A stretch of 62,620 bases of DNA, the filler included, from Globobulimina sp. (lineage: Eukaryota), in assembly GCA_003354225.1 (NCBI GenBank). It is 30 parts of 30 records of this genome, joined end to end, with 100 filler letters (N's around TTAATTAATTAA, not from the genome) between each part and the next. Parts side by side here need not be neighbours in the genome. Positions count along the whole stretch, not along the records: positions 23,010 to 25,000 come from PIVH01009941.1; positions 25,101 to 27,091 come from PIVH01009942.1; positions 27,192 to 29,182 come from PIVH01009943.1; positions 29,283 to 31,273 come from PIVH01009944.1; positions 31,374 to 33,364 come from PIVH01009945.1; positions 33,465 to 35,455 come from PIVH01009946.1; positions 35,556 to 37,545 come from PIVH01009947.1; 23 more parts are not named here. The stretch is one strand, 5' to 3'. Of this stretch, positions 23,165 to 37,338 are shown piece by piece. The translations under genes were made by a program, and so were the position numbers. The notes beneath the pieces were generated by a model. The model did not search any database and was not told where the DNA came from. It was given only the letters and a program-made list of their open reading frames with translations. Position 1 is the first letter of the stretch; each line of letters starts with the position of its first letter.

Positions 23165-24560
23165 ATGGCGACACCAAAGCAAAAAGCCCCAAAACAAAAG
23201 AAAATGCGAGCAATTGGCAGATGGTACATTGGTGAAATTAACATTGGGCAAAGGCGGCTATTCATGGGTTAAAAAGGGATTCGATAAGAAAACGGGCAAA
23301 TGCGTGGCCTTGAAATTCATAGCAAAAGCGGACGAGTCATGGAGCAAACAACAATCGAAGCAAATTGTGACCGAAATCGAAGCATTAAAACAAATTAATC
23401 TCAACGCCCGAGACCCGACCAATTGCAACAAATTAAAAACGAGAAACTCGACGCCGTATTATTAGTGTTAGAGTTTGCGCCTTGTGGCGAGCTCTTCGAT
23501 ATATTGTATTATACGTCGGCGTTGGAAGCAGTATTGGCTCGCACTTATTTTCGTCAATCAATGCTTGCGTTGGAAGCCTGTCACATTGCCGGCGTGGCCC
23601 ATCGCGACATCAAGCCACAGAATTTATTGCTAGACTCGCGTTTTAATATTAAATTAACGGACTTTGGGCTGAGCAAAGTGTCGGAAGCGAGTGCTGTGAA
23701 CAACAAAATGCACACAACCTATGTAGGTACGCGCGGGTATCAGGCACCAGAATTATTACTGGACAAAGCCTACGATGTCAGCTGCGATGTGTTTAGTATG
23801 GGAGTTGTTTTATTCATTATGATTAACGGATATCCGCCCTTTGAGCAGGCTCATTATTCGGATAAATGGTTCCGTCCATTGGCGAAAGGCGATTGTGACA
23901 CATTCTGGCGGTATCACGCCGGCTGCGCTATATCCAACGATGCAAAGTGTAAGGATTTGTTGCAGAAAATGCTTGCGTATGACCCGAAGCAGCGGATCAC
24001 CGTCGCACAGATTAAGCGGCATTCGTGGTTTGCTGGTAAATTCGTGGAAGGTAAGCAGTTAATTCGTGTGTTGAGGTACTTGTATAATGGATGTGTTTTT
24101 ATAATGTTTCTGTTTCTGAATATTGTGTTTCTGCAGACATAGACACAGCGAAATGGAGGCGAAGCGCAGAAGAGATGCCAAGAAAGTGTCGGATTTACAG
24201 ATATCGATTAAAGCCGTCAGATGTATCGGATTTGAGTTGGACATCGGGCCGTATCCAGGCGATATTGAGGCAGTTTTAAGTAATATTTATTGTCATTTCG
24301 CGAAAGCAAAGGAATTTTTTGAATTATTGGCCGGTTTGATTGGTGGGAATTATTTTGGCGTCGCACAGTTTAATGAGGAAAAAACGAGTATGATATGCGC
24401 TGTGAGCAAAATTGAGAAATCTGTGAGTGAGCGAGATGCAAAGTATACGAAACAAAATTATAGATTTGAAGTATCATTATATACATCAAACGACTATGCG
24501 GTGAGCACGCAACGGGAAGAAAGTGCGTTTGGTGGCGATGCAGACAATTTCCATGTTTAA
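23165..24560 (+). pseudogene. CAMK/AMPK-like Ser/Thr kinase with two frameshifts
   Basis: LGKGGYSWV, VALK, HRDIKPQN, DFG, GTRGYQAPE present. Frame breaks near 23238 and 23425, and the subdomain IV segment after EIEALKQI is missing. Intron about 24076-24136. Confidence 0.8.
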
Positions 24561-25000
24561 ACTGTTTCCATGTTTGGTAGTTGACCGGACACAGAAAATA
24601 CAAACAACTCTTGGTTAACACTGCTGCGACATCAATAAATTCAGCAAAGACGGATGAATACACTGTCATTAATGAGCTGAATAATATTGGTGATATCGAG
24701 GGAATGTCATTTAAGAGTGTTGACGGATTGTAAAACTTATCAGAAATAGTTATTGTATGCAATTTATCATACTCGGTATAATATGCATTGAGATACGGCT
24801 CAAAGGGTTGCATTTTTAGCCTTGTTTTGGATGTACTGTTGAATTCCCCGCTTCTTATTGTCATATCCAACACATTTTCTGTAGTTTGTTCTATATAATT
24901 ACATATAAGCACTTTCAAATCATGGTATAAATGTCTTTCGTGTACTGTGCAATACGCAGTGATAAAACGGACAATCACAGGAATTTTCAAAATACGGCTG
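24560..25000 (-). CDS. Hypothetical protein fragment convergent on the kinase
   Basis: ORF open from the contig edge; its extension below about 24560 overlaps the kinase antisense and is doubtful. Confidence 0.4.
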
Positions 25001-25100
25001 NNNNNNNNNNNNNNNNNNNNNNNNNNNNNNNNNNNNNNNNNNNNTTAATTAATTAANNNNNNNNNNNNNNNNNNNNNNNNNNNNNNNNNNNNNNNNNNNN

Positions 25101-25640
25101 ATAAAATAAAATATATAGACCTATATTCAACAAAAAATCGTTGAAACTCAATAAATACGTTGCTGGCATCCCTCGTTTGACCCATTCTTCCCAGCTATGA
25201 TAAAAAAATGTAATAACCAATGTGTGCCATATGGCGCCCACTGTTGATATTATTATTTGAATGCAGAGTACAATGAGTGTAGCAAATGTTAATTCAAATT
25301 GAGTATCTTTGAAAACAAAATAAATCCGACATAGCAACAATGAATAAAATGAAATCGAACCAATATAATAGAATGAATCAGCTATTCCGGCAATTTTAGG
25401 CTCAATGGATGATGAAAACGATCTGTTTTCCACCATATGGATATATACATGAACAATATCAACGATACTGGCCACACAAAACGATGACATTGATATTATT
25501 GTTAAATTGCGGAATAATGGTTTAAATTCGCATAATTGAGTGCAAGTATATAACGATATTATCGACATAATAATAAATATTATGCATATAAACAGCAATG
25601 TAGCTATAAACCATCCAGTTGGTACATCAACATTTGTCAT
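25101..25640 (-). CDS. Multi-pass (GPCR-like) membrane protein, 3'-partial
   Basis: Five or more hydrophobic helices; LLCRIYFVFKDTQF at the end of TM3. Confidence 0.65.
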
Positions 25641-25698
25641 TGTTAAAAAATGTCTTATTTAAAATTGTTTTTATATCTGACTCCAGTGTTAAACGCAA

Positions 25699-26893
25699 AT
25701 GGAACAACCGTATGTTTTGTTGTCAAATGAAAATAATCGCGATGTTGACCATAAGAAGACATCACAGCTTGAAGTGCACAAAATAACACTATTTGGAGTA
25801 GTTATTATGTTACTGGGCGCAATGTGCTACAGCGGATTAGTTATTATTGTTAAATGGGGATCGAATCTTGGATATGGCTCAATGCAAATGCTTATGTTCA
25901 AAGCAGGCATCCAAATTGCAATTGCTATCCCTTTTTCCTTGATAAAATTGGATGCAAACTGTACAGCACAATATGGAGCAATGGAGCTAAAGGTAACTGT
26001 ATCTGTGAATAGATTTAGGTCAATTCCACACAAATAAGTTGCTTCTAAAGGAAAGCATACAAAGTATGGACTGCAGATTATGGATATTTGTGTTATTTCG
26101 AGGAATATTTGGTGCACTAACAAGTGTTTTTTATTTTGAAGCTATAGCAAAATTACCAATTGGCGATGCTATCGCATTATATTCAATGTATCCAATTCCA
26201 ACTACATTTTTTAGTTTTTGTGTGTTGCAAGAAAAGATATCTTATAAATATGTAATATCGTTGATATTATGCGTAGTGGGTACAATCTTTATTATTCATC
26301 CACAGTTTCTGTTTGGTGGACATATTGGGCAAAATGAAGAAAATATAATGATTGGCTATATATCAGCTGTCGTATCGGCAATATTAATGTCTGGAGTCTT
26401 CATTTTTATTCGTTTAGCAAAGACTGCGCCGGCGACACTGTTGATAATTTCGCAAGGTATGTATAGTACATTTACGTTAATTTAATGTAGTTATTATGTA
26501 TAAATAGGCATATCCTGCATTATAGAATCACTTCTAATCGGATTTATCTTTCAACATTTTTATGGTTTGTATACATTGAATGATTATCTATGTCTATGTT
26601 CAATTGGTGTTATTGGGTATTGTGCGCAATGGAGTTTAACAAAAGCATCTCAGATATTACCTGCTGCATTATCATCGATATTGCGTTCAACCGAAATTTT
26701 ATGGACATATTTAGCACAAATAATAATATTTCAGCAATTACCTTCGTATTTGACATACATTGGAGCACTTATTATTGTTATCGCTATTTTGATTGTAACA
26801 TTGGAAAAAATAAGGCTGAAGAAACTGAGGAACCAAGAACAAATCGAGCAAAATAACACAACGTTTCTTCCAATGACACGTACAGACTATTAA
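25699..26893 (+). CDS. EamA/DMT transporter (SLC35G-like), 3 exons (introns 25993-26038, 26458-26507)
   Basis: LFRGIFG...YFEAIAKLPIGDAIAL..MYPI...LQEKIS, LRSTEILW; about 10 TM helices. Confidence 0.9.
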
Positions 26894-27191
26894 CGGTGTA
26901 AATAAAACAGTTACACTTGAGTTTTGTTCGAAAATCTTAACAAGTTCGTGAGTGTATTTACGGACATCGATATTTATAATTATTTAGAAGATATATAAGT
27001 ATTATAATTCAAAAAAGATAAATAATAAATAAATGCATACAGTACTCAAAAATATTGAGAAAAAAAAACGGAAAAAAGAAATAAGATATAANNNNNNNNN
27101 NNNNNNNNNNNNNNNNNNNNNNNNNNNNNNNNNNNTTAATTAATTAANNNNNNNNNNNNNNNNNNNNNNNNNNNNNNNNNNNNNNNNNNNN

Positions 27192-27386
27192 GCTGTCTTC
27201 AATCGTAGCATCATACTCCTGTTTAAATTCATTTACAACCATTCTTATGGTTATAGCACTTTTTCCAACTGCTCCTGCTCCTAAAATAACAATTTTATGC
27301 TGATTCAGTGGTAATATTTGTAATAATGTTTGTGTTTGGCTTGAATATATAGTAACAAATACACTCAACTCACTGATATTAAACAT
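27192..27386 (-). CDS. Ras-family small GTPase N-terminus, 3'-partial
   Basis: HKIVILGAGAVGKSAITIR...EYDATIEDS. Confidence 0.9.
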
Positions 27387-27908
27387 GCAGTCACTTTTCG
27401 ATAAAACTTACATTTTGCATAAGAATTTTGATTTTGTTGATATTGTCTAAAATATTTGTAACTTTATTTGTAATTTATGTGTCTTTGAATGAAATATTAG
27501 ATAGTTATTAGTGTGAAGGATACATAATTATGTACAAGAATTCTGAATAGAAAATTTCAGACCTAAATTGCAGACATATGGACAAGAAATCTGAATTCAG
27601 AAACTTTCAGACTGCATTTTTCAATATTTGTTCATGTATCAGAGTGTTAAATAACATAAACAAACATGAAAAGTTGTTTGTTTCCTGATAATTATCATTC
27701 TGATCGAAGACCGGAAAACAGTTAATATACAGATTCAATCTATTCATTCTCAAAAACACCAAAATTGAATTAATAAATTCGATTTGAGACTAGTAACTAG
27801 TAAGAGACGCATTTTATTATAAAGCGTTCACGGTTTCTGAAAAGTGGACCTTAACAATTAACAAAAATTTCTTAAAACATTTAAACAATGGGTTCCAAGT
27901 CAGCCAAG

Positions 27909-28478
27909 TCATAAATGCATTACATCTTTGGATTTGTTGGTGTACCACGATAACACAGTTTTATGTAAATATGAAAACGATGTGACAAATAATATTCTAC
28001 TTTCCGGTGTTACATATCTGAAATTAATCCATTGTGCTGGTAAGAACCATGTAATTGTACCTATGGTGCAATTAGCATATTCATTTTGTAATTGCTGCAT
28101 AATTTCATCAGTAGTTTGTCCTTTAATATACCCCGTAATGAAAAAGAATGACGGGAAAAATATTGTACTTGTGTGTATCACAACATCTGTCAATACCTTT
28201 TTCCATACACAAGTTTCCCATAACTTATCATAGACAAAATACAATTTTCTACACACAAAACCATAATAAAATGTACCAAATACAGTGAGAGCTAATGTAC
28301 GTCTTTTGTCCCATTTATAATTGCTTACTTTACTATACCTAAATGTTATTAATTGCGACGTTACATCAGATGCAAATAGTAATGATCCACCTATGAGGCT
28401 GCTGGTCATGTATGGATATCTATTGCATAAATGGGAATATCTCATACCCATCAATCGCAATGCCTTGGTAACCATCAT
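27909..28478 (-). CDS. Mpv17/PMP22 family protein
   Basis: ASDVTSQ, WDKRRTL, KKVLTD, WFLPAQWINFRYV...RILF. Confidence 0.9.
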   Translation of the reverse strand: MMVTKALRLMGMRYSHLCNRYPYMTSSLIGGSLLFASDVTSQLITFRYSKVSNYKWDKRRTLALTVFGTFYYGFVCRKLYFVYDKLWETCVWKKVLTDVVIHTSTIFFPSFFFITGYIKGQTTDEIMQQLQNEYANCTIGTITWFLPAQWINFRYVTPESRILFVTSFSYLHKTVLSWYTNKSKDVMHL

Positions 28479-28748
28479 TCTCGCATTCGATGCGCCAATC
28501 TAATCTAACAACGTTATGGGCAAAAAAAACGTATTTATTTGCAACTCCGATAAAAATGTATAATTTATTCTAATTATATTTTATTATTCATAATCTCTTA
28601 TTTCATAATTGGGAAATTGCGCAAAACCTGGGAAAATCCATATAAACGCTAAGATTAATAAACTTTCTGTTCGCTGGCCACAGGATTAATTACCGTTTTT
28701 TGCGTTGTCGAAAGATTTAAGCTGTTTTCAATCTGAGGCTTTTTAAAG

Positions 28749-29182
28749 ATGTCAACTTCAAAAGTTCTTCAGCAGTTATCATTCGCACAAATAACCCTAT
28801 CAATTATGTCCAGCATTATTCTATTTACATTAACTCTCAGAGAGTCTGTTGTTGAATTACTGGGTACATTTGGCGTATATATCTTAATAATTCCAAAAGC
28901 AATCATATCTTTATTATTATTATCATTGGTTTTAATTTCGCCCATTCTAATATGTGCGACGGCTTTCATCCGTATAATTTGTTGCAGAGAGTTGGTTGCA
29001 ATCAAATATATTCATGCATTTCATTTAACAATTCCATATATTCTTTTATCGATCGTATTTGCTCCACATTATGTTATAAAATCTGTCAACGAGTCGAAAA
29101 TGGCAGAATCAACGCGTGAACCCGTAACAAAGCAAGATTATACAGATTTAATTGTAACAATATATATATTGTCTCATATGAT
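28749..29182 (+). CDS. Hypothetical membrane protein, 3'-partial
   Basis: Three to four hydrophobic helices. Confidence 0.55.
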
Positions 29183-29282
29183 NNNNNNNNNNNNNNNNNN
29201 NNNNNNNNNNNNNNNNNNNNNNNNNNTTAATTAATTAANNNNNNNNNNNNNNNNNNNNNNNNNNNNNNNNNNNNNNNNNNNN

Positions 29283-31208
29283 TTTTGCTAAGTAAAAAAA
29301 TAATACACATAAAGTAATAACGATTGTACCAATAATAATTAATGGTAAAATTATCTCCGTTTTTGCATCCATATTTTGCAAAAAACAATATCCATTTCCA
29401 TCTGATCCCATATCATTTGTTGATAAATTGCATAATTGAATAAATCCAATTAAATATGAATTGCTAAGGCCAACACCATAAAGAAAAATATACGAAATGC
29501 CTTGATAATAATAAATAATTAATTTTATAAATATTATATTAAATATCAATATCATTTCTTCACCAATTTTGTCCTTTACATAGTTAAATGTTCTTGTAAT
29601 ACATTTAAAACATTTACATTTGCAACATTTACATTTGCACCATTTACAGCATTTTTTCTCACTCTCATCATCATCAACGGGGTTTTGCACCGCTTTCGCA
29701 TCACTAAATATTATATACGCAGTAACTATCCATGCAAACAATACCGGATATATTATCCTTTCGATATAATCATGTGAACAAACTCCGCACTGTGAAGATG
29801 CGATTAGTTCTGAATATCCTGGTAAACAGGAACCGCATAATATGGAATCTGGATCTCTATTCCTGGCACATAATAAATCTAAATTACTATTTACAAATGT
29901 TTGCTGAGTAACATTCACAAAATAATAACTGTTTACGAAATTACATCCATTTGTGTTTTGACAACAGTATGAAAATGGACATTGTGATGATACTATATTG
30001 ATATCGTCATTCTCAAATACATCACTTATTAAATTGTTATTTGTAATATTTCTAATTCCAACCCAATGATTATATGTTATCATAATCACATTGCGTCCCA
30101 TACACACGAAATTATTTCCATTCGCGTCATTACAATCATAGCAGCCATCCATATGATTATCCAACAAATTATATGTTCCAATGATACATTCGACGCATTG
30201 CTGTGCTAATCCAGTTACACCATATCCGGACTTACAATTTTCAACATTGATCAATAAATCATTGACAAACAACTCATTATTATCAATCATTGTGGTGATT
30301 GCAAATTGCTTATTTGTATTATTAGTGCCGATCCCAATAAACGGCAAATAAATGTTGTCACATCCAAAACATTCATCGTCGTCGATAATGGTTATTTGAT
30401 TTTGAAATGCAAATTGAATGACTGTTAAGTGAATGATAAAACTGGACTCAAATGAAAAATTTGCTATTGTCACTCCGTTGGAATCTGTTATAAAGTATCC
30501 AATTTGCAAAAATTGTCCAGGTGAATATGAATCAATGGCAAATAAATTCAATATTGTTGGTGTTTGATGCACTGTATATTCGGCAGCAGTTTCATTGTTA
30601 AACAACACGTTTTTCGTCATTGATGGTTGTAATACTTCCAAAGGACATATCACTTGCAATTGTTGTATTTGATATAAATTGTCAATCGAATTGGAATCAT
30701 TTATTGATCTATGACATGATATATTACATTCATAATGCATTACAAAATCGACCTGCAATTCTTGAGAATCAGCCATCAATTCCGAGTCTAATATCATCAT
30801 ACTCGTATCATACAGATTGGCAATGGAATATGGAGCTGGGCCAATATCATTTGTTAAGTAAAATATTGTATGGTCGAAAGCAATAAAACTATATCTCGAG
30901 GTAAATATAGATATATTGGATATATTATTGACAAATAAATTGTACATGTTTCCAGTGGTAATATCAGTATTTATTTCACCGAATCCGCCATTCCAACATT
31001 CATTCTCATCTAAATATCCAATACAATTTTGCCGATAGCAAGAAGATAAGGTACTATTTCTTACAGATATTGCATAATGAAATATCGTATTGCCACTCAA
31101 ACAATTGTCGTTTGCTGCATTATTTATATATAAAAATGGGATTGATAAATCATATGAATTTCCATTAAAATAATTATTCATAAATCTGATCGAAAAAAAG
31201 TAGTACAC
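29283..31208 (-). CDS. Cys-rich ectodomain + multi-TM protein, same family as 18828-20818, partial
   Basis: CKSGYG, CPFSYCC, CARNRDPDSILCGSCLPGYS, YYYQ, GYCF. Confidence 0.8.
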
Positions 31209-31373
31209 GAATTAAATAATTATACAGCAGAACACGAATTAAATAATAAGTATGATTTGTATTAAATATATAANNNNNNNNNNNNNNNNNNNNNNNNNNN
31301 NNNNNNNNNNNNNNNNNTTAATTAATTAANNNNNNNNNNNNNNNNNNNNNNNNNNNNNNNNNNNNNNNNNNNN

Positions 31374-33262
31374 GGTGTTATAGGTTCTGAAGCCAACAGA
31401 TCCCGCGGCATAACTCGCATCTATCCACGTAAATAAATATACATTGTCCTCATACACCTATACAATATAATTAATTTAGTTGAATGTAGCAAATACTGTA
31501 TCAAACCTTGAATGTATCAGCAACACATTCAACACGAAGTAAATACTGCACTCCCGGCGAATGTGTTATGGCATGCTCATATAACGAGGTATAGCTGTCA
31601 TCAAATTTTATAAACTCAATCATATCGCTTCGAAATAATACTTCATAATATTGGCCACAAAAATTGGCAGTACATTCTGCATTGTTTGCACGGAAGATGG
31701 GTCCAACAGAATTCCCGGATAGTATAAGGATTAGAAATTCGATTGTATAGTCTGTCCAAGCTAAGGAGGTGGGGTCGTTTGTGCCCATCCATGTATGTGT
31801 CAGAATGGAAGAAGAACTTTGTCGGATACTGCAATCTCCGCCGGTTGATCCATAACCCCACGAACCGCCGTCAGGCTGCGACCATCGATCGTCCCAATCA
31901 CACACATAATTCCTGTAAAACAAAGCACGTTTTCGTGTACGTGTTTGTCAGGAATGTACTATGTCCGATCATTAAATGCATCCATTTTAATGATCGGAGA
32001 TAGTGCTTTCCTGTGATCAGATTAGAGATTTAAGCGACTTAATATAAGGCACAGTATACATATATTTCTCGTGCAAAATCATAAAACCGCTACAAAAACA
32101 AAGTTAATAAACATACCAGAATCTTGTTTCTGGCGAATTGCCATTAGTGACCACCAAATTTCTTATTTCAGCACCAAATGAATCATGCCAACCACTGCCT
32201 AAATATATGGCGCGATTCATGACAATTGGATGAGAGACAGTGACCGGTTCATCATAACTATAATCACCGCCAAATGTAATTGTTAATTGTCTTTGTGTTT
32301 TATGCAAAGTATAATGATATTCAGTGTTTAATTCATAACCCGAAGTTGTAGTGGATTGAGCAGGATCTGCGGTTGCAACCGTTGCAAAACTTGACACGAT
32401 ATTCTGTTTATATTATTTGTATATGTTAACGGATTTATATATTAATTTGTGAAAACACATGTTATTCAAAATCTTTTTTATAATTGTTTTAAATGTGGCT
32501 ATTAATGTGCTGATAATTTCATATCTAAAGGTTTATGCTTGTACATCATCAAGATTTTGAATATTAATATTTTTTTGTATTTATATATAGCAATGATACC
32601 CAAATAAAATGAGCCCACTGGAGACATATAAAATATATAATATTACATAAACATACCAAGGTAGCGCCATCTATAAATATGGCGGGATATCGCTCTGCAT
32701 CGTTATTACCAAAATGTAATATGGAACCCAATCCTGTTGGCCATGAAGTGAATGTGATATAAAAATCAATATATATTTCATCCAAAATATCAATATATCC
32801 AATCAAATCAGCTTGGCCTCGTATACGCACATTACTCGGTTTATCATTAACGACAGTAAATGGTTTAGGATGACCACATAATCCATATTCCGCAGTGACA
32901 CAATCAGCATCACTCCATGTGCCATCTGCTAATATTTGAGCGCATTCTCCTGCGTTATTTGGTGCATTGGCTGCCCATGGCGATTGGGAGCCAGTAAAGC
33001 CATAAATAAATGGTGTATTATCTGTCCAGCCCCAGGCTGCCGAATCAGAAAGACCAATCCACGCAATATCTCCCGCTGTATTTTGTGCTTCCACTCGTTG
33101 TGATTCATTATGTATTGATGCTAAATGCTGATCATAATAAAATAGACACGTAGCCTCCCAGTCAGGGTGAGACAATTGATAATCACCGTTATATATATAG
33201 TTTTGTGAATATGTAACAATGATGACAGTAAAAACGTATAACAACATCAAAAACGATGACAT
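31374..33262 (-). CDS. Secreted multi-exon lectin-like protein: C-type lectin + ConA/LamG-like + DUF1080-like domains, 3'-partial
   Basis: Signal peptide; HLASIHN, AWIGLSD, WGWTD, ECAQ..DGTWSDADC; SILHFG..RYPAIF; WTDYTIE...GPIFRA. Confidence 0.78.
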
Positions 33263-33622
33263 GATGCACTCCAACTAAGTTTTCATTTTATTAATTATTA
33301 TTTTACTCATAATGGCAAAAAATATCAAAGTTGCATGTAAAAGCCTTGTAGTTATTACATTGTTNNNNNNNNNNNNNNNNNNNNNNNNNNNNNNNNNNNN
33401 NNNNNNNNTTAATTAATTAANNNNNNNNNNNNNNNNNNNNNNNNNNNNNNNNNNNNNNNNNNNNTTTGTGTTTTTTTTTTGTTTTTTTGTTGTTTTTTTT
33501 TGTTTTTTTTGTGTTTGAAAATTCCATCTGTATAATATTTGCATTCCTTTGGGTGTGTACGTATTTGTTGATTTTTTTAAATGTTTCGACTTTTAATTTC
33601 TATTTTTTTTTGTGTTTTAAAT

Positions 33623-35403
33623 TTAAGACAAGTGTTTTGCAGAAAACGCTTTAGAATGAATAGAGATAAAAAGCAACAAACAAACAGCCACAGTCAGCAC
33701 AATCCGTATATCGACATTCAAAGTTAATAATAATGCGGACAACAAAGGTGTCAATGTGCTTAGGTTCGTGTGAATGCATAATAAGATTCCAATAAACTTT
33801 TGATTGATACATGCTGTCGAATAAAACAAATTGTATTTCACTAAAAATTGCGGAATCACAGCAAAAAATATGACAATAAATTGGTTGAATAAATTAAATA
33901 ATGTATAAAAATATAATGGTAGCAACATAATAATTGACAGGTAACAAAATATTGGAATAAATTGTTTGAAATACATTTTGGGTTCGAATAATTTGGTAAA
34001 ATACAAGAAAAATATAGAACCAATAAAATAGAAAATATGACCAAATACCTCATATTGTATAAGAACGCGGATTGATCCGCCACATAAATTATTCATTGAT
34101 TCTAGTGCTGTATCCAAAATGTGTGAATTTTGAGTCGCAAAAAATAACGGAAATACAAACTCGCAAATTGAGACAAATAACATCAAATATAATGAAGATA
34201 CGATGGATTCGAAACATAATTTGTTGGCATAAATATTTTGTATCCCACATTGGATATATTCCAAATCCATTTCCATTCGATCTGCGTCTAATTTATCTTC
34301 AATCTCTCTGACCGTCGCTATTTTATGCCGCTGTGTTGTATGCATATTATTAAAACGAATGACACTTTCTGTGATCCTCACATTTATTGGTTTGATTTGC
34401 TTCAAATATTTATATGTGACCGCCAATGCAAATAACTGTGTCATTAATGTAAAGAGCAACGTCGAGCAAAATATTAAATTTTGAATAATATGGCCAGGGA
34501 TAATATCATTGACAGCCAAATACCAAAAAATAAACCAAAGCATGGCATTAATAACGGACTGAAGAGTTATCACACTCATACAACTTGGTTGTGATTTGTA
34601 TTTTAATTATTCTGCACATTGTATACAAATACGTAATCTGAATTTGCGTGCAAATCGGAAAAAACATATGCAACGTTTCTGCACTGTACGGCATACAATG
34701 ATGCATTTAACAATTAACAAAATACATACATGGTTTGGAAATATTTGTGTTCCATAGATGCAGAGTATTGCGACCTTAACCAAAATAACAATTTGATCTT
34801 CAATAATTTGTACATTGCATTGGTGTTTATAGTCATTGCCAATTTACACAAAACGTGCAAAAATATTATTTCATTCAAACTCCAACGACTCTCAAAGATC
34901 ATCAATGTTTGGATCAGCAATTCAAGAAAGACAGACATAGTAAATATGAATGCAATGTGTTTTGAGCTAAAGTCTGTAATCCAGGCTAATAACGGAAAGC
35001 ATATCAATTGAGATATTGCAATGGCGGCCACACTGCGTCCCACAAATTGTTTGAAATTGCAAGTCTTTGCGGCTCGCACAATAAAGAATATCATTGAAAC
35101 ATTCATGAAACTGTCTTTTAACAAAGACAGTGTCAGCAATACAATCAAACGAGAAAATGGAAATATATCCATTTCCCAATCAATGCTGAATGTTGATAGT
35201 ACGCATGAAACAGTGTTAGACTCTGATTTGCTATCATCCAATGTCTGATATATGTGTATTTTTTAGCATAATTCCGATGTTATCCACAATCAGAAACAAG
35301 CATATTTAACTTCTGATAAATGCTGAGTCTGGATCGTTCCTACCATCCTTCTTCTTGTTGCCAGATCAACTGACGAAGCTCTTTTATGTTTGGGTGCTTT
35401 CAT
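33623..35403 (-). CDS. Multi-exon polytopic membrane protein (possibly MFS-like)
   Basis: ATG at 35403, GTT-donor intron near 35310-35246, two hydrophobic ORFs giving about 12 TM helices. Confidence 0.55.
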
Positions 35404-35555
35404 TGTTGATATATTCGTTTTTGTGTTCAACTCCACTTACTCGGCTAAGGAAAAANNNNNNNNNNNNNNNNNNNNNNNNNNNNNNNNNNNNNNNNNNNNT
35501 TAATTAATTAANNNNNNNNNNNNNNNNNNNNNNNNNNNNNNNNNNNNNNNNNNNN

Positions 35556-36422
35556 TTTTGTGTTGGTGCAGGAGTTTGTGTCTGTGATTTTTGTGTTGGT
35601 GCAGGAGTTTCTGATGATTCACAAAAATCGTTGTTCTCCTTGATGTCAACACCGTTTTTGTAGCAACCACTTGTTATTCGAAAAATATCATAACCCAGTT
35701 GAGTGTTATCATAAAGACACGTATTAATATCGCTGGATGATTTTAAGACTTTTGTCGACTCGTCACTGCATCCTGCAACACCATACTCGTATACTTGCTC
35801 TCCTGTCCCATTACATGTTGCCCTTTTCAGTTTAAACAAATATTAGTATTTTAGGTAGCTTTTACCATTTTGATATATATAAATATAGGATACATACATT
35901 GTATAGGTATCATCTGTTTGATGCACACACACATCAAGCGCCCACAATGTCGGTAAACAACCATCCGTGCAACAAGCACCTTCAGGAGCTCCCTCCGGTG
36001 ATAAACAAGTTTGCATCACTGAATAATCATCAGTGCCATCACAATTAAATGAATTTAGTTCACCTGCTACTGTATCTGTACTTGAATCATAAGAAGTTGT
36101 GTTTGCTGCTGCTTGACATGTGTCATCCTCACCATAATCTGTGAATGTTACTGTACCATCTTGATTACAGGAATATTGGCCATACGAATTTACAAGTTGC
36201 ATCTCAGCTAATTTTAATGTAACTTGATAAATAATACAAACATCAATCGGATGCACGTGATTTGTTGCTTCTTGTAGTGGTTCCTTCCATGTTCCAACAA
36301 AATATCTGGAAGCTCCATTAATCTGTGTGATTATCTAAAATTGTATTAAAGCGAAGGTAGAGTTGTTGTGACTGTTTTCATACCAATGAGATTAATGTTG
36401 ATAATGTTAGTAGTTTAAACAT
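35556..36422 (-). CDS. Secreted Cys-rich, probably GPI-anchored protein, 5' part (3 exons)
   Basis: MFKLLTLSTLISL|IITQING signal peptide, two Cys-rich repeats, TPAPTQ stalk; its C-terminus lies at 37339-37545. Confidence 0.8.
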
Positions 36423-37338
36423 TTGATGAATGATTGCTTTGTAATTGTTTTTGAAGATTTGTAGTTGAGATTCTTGACAAGTAAATTTTAGAAGCAATTT
36501 TCGAAATGTATTTATAGTTAATCTGTATTTTTAGAAGTAAACTTCTAAATGTAAGAATTATGAATCAGAGACTGAATGAAGTCAGTTGGCAGCTGTAATC
36601 TATCGCGTTATCGGATTTATAACATCTCAACGGAAAACAAAAACAGATCTTTGGTTTGCGCTCAAAATTGTACACCTTTTTAACTAACACCAAACTATAA
36701 CTACATAGCGAACGTGTCTCCAACACTAAACTCTTATACCAGGGCCTCTTGTGTCAGAGGAATTAATTTCCCCATTCTGCCACCGCCCTTGAGAATTAGT
36801 TCATGGACTTTGTCTGGATTAAAGATTTAGCTTGTAGATGGAATCAGCAATGCAGTTAAAAAGAAAACAATCACGCGATAAAGATGAAGATTTGATTATA
36901 ATTACTGTATAACTTTTTTATAGATTCTGTTTGTATACAAAATACATTTATTGCTTACTTTATTTTATCATATTTATTCCAATACTACGCTAGATTATTT
37001 TTAGCGCACTACCTATAATTATTGATTTCCATTATCAAAACTGTATTGTCATATTAGTTTAGTTGCATCTCAGCCATCAGTCTCTCACCTAAATTCCTAA
37101 AAACCTCTTAATTTAGCATGCTACTGAAAAATTGCATGGCGTTTGCTGCTCTCAAAAGTGTTTTTAATAAACCTTCCCGATTCACATCCTCCCAGCAATT
37201 TCACTTTTGAAAGCTTGAATTTTTCCTCAAATTTTATTATATTCGTTCATGTACAAGTAATTTCATACATCGTCATCGTCACAGTGTATCAATTCTAAAG
37301 TATTAATATTAATAACAAACAATCATAAACTAACAAAC

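Noticed and set aside
33465-33620. Phe-rich ORF 33466-33654
   Set aside because: Poly-T low-complexity intergenic DNA at a contig edge.
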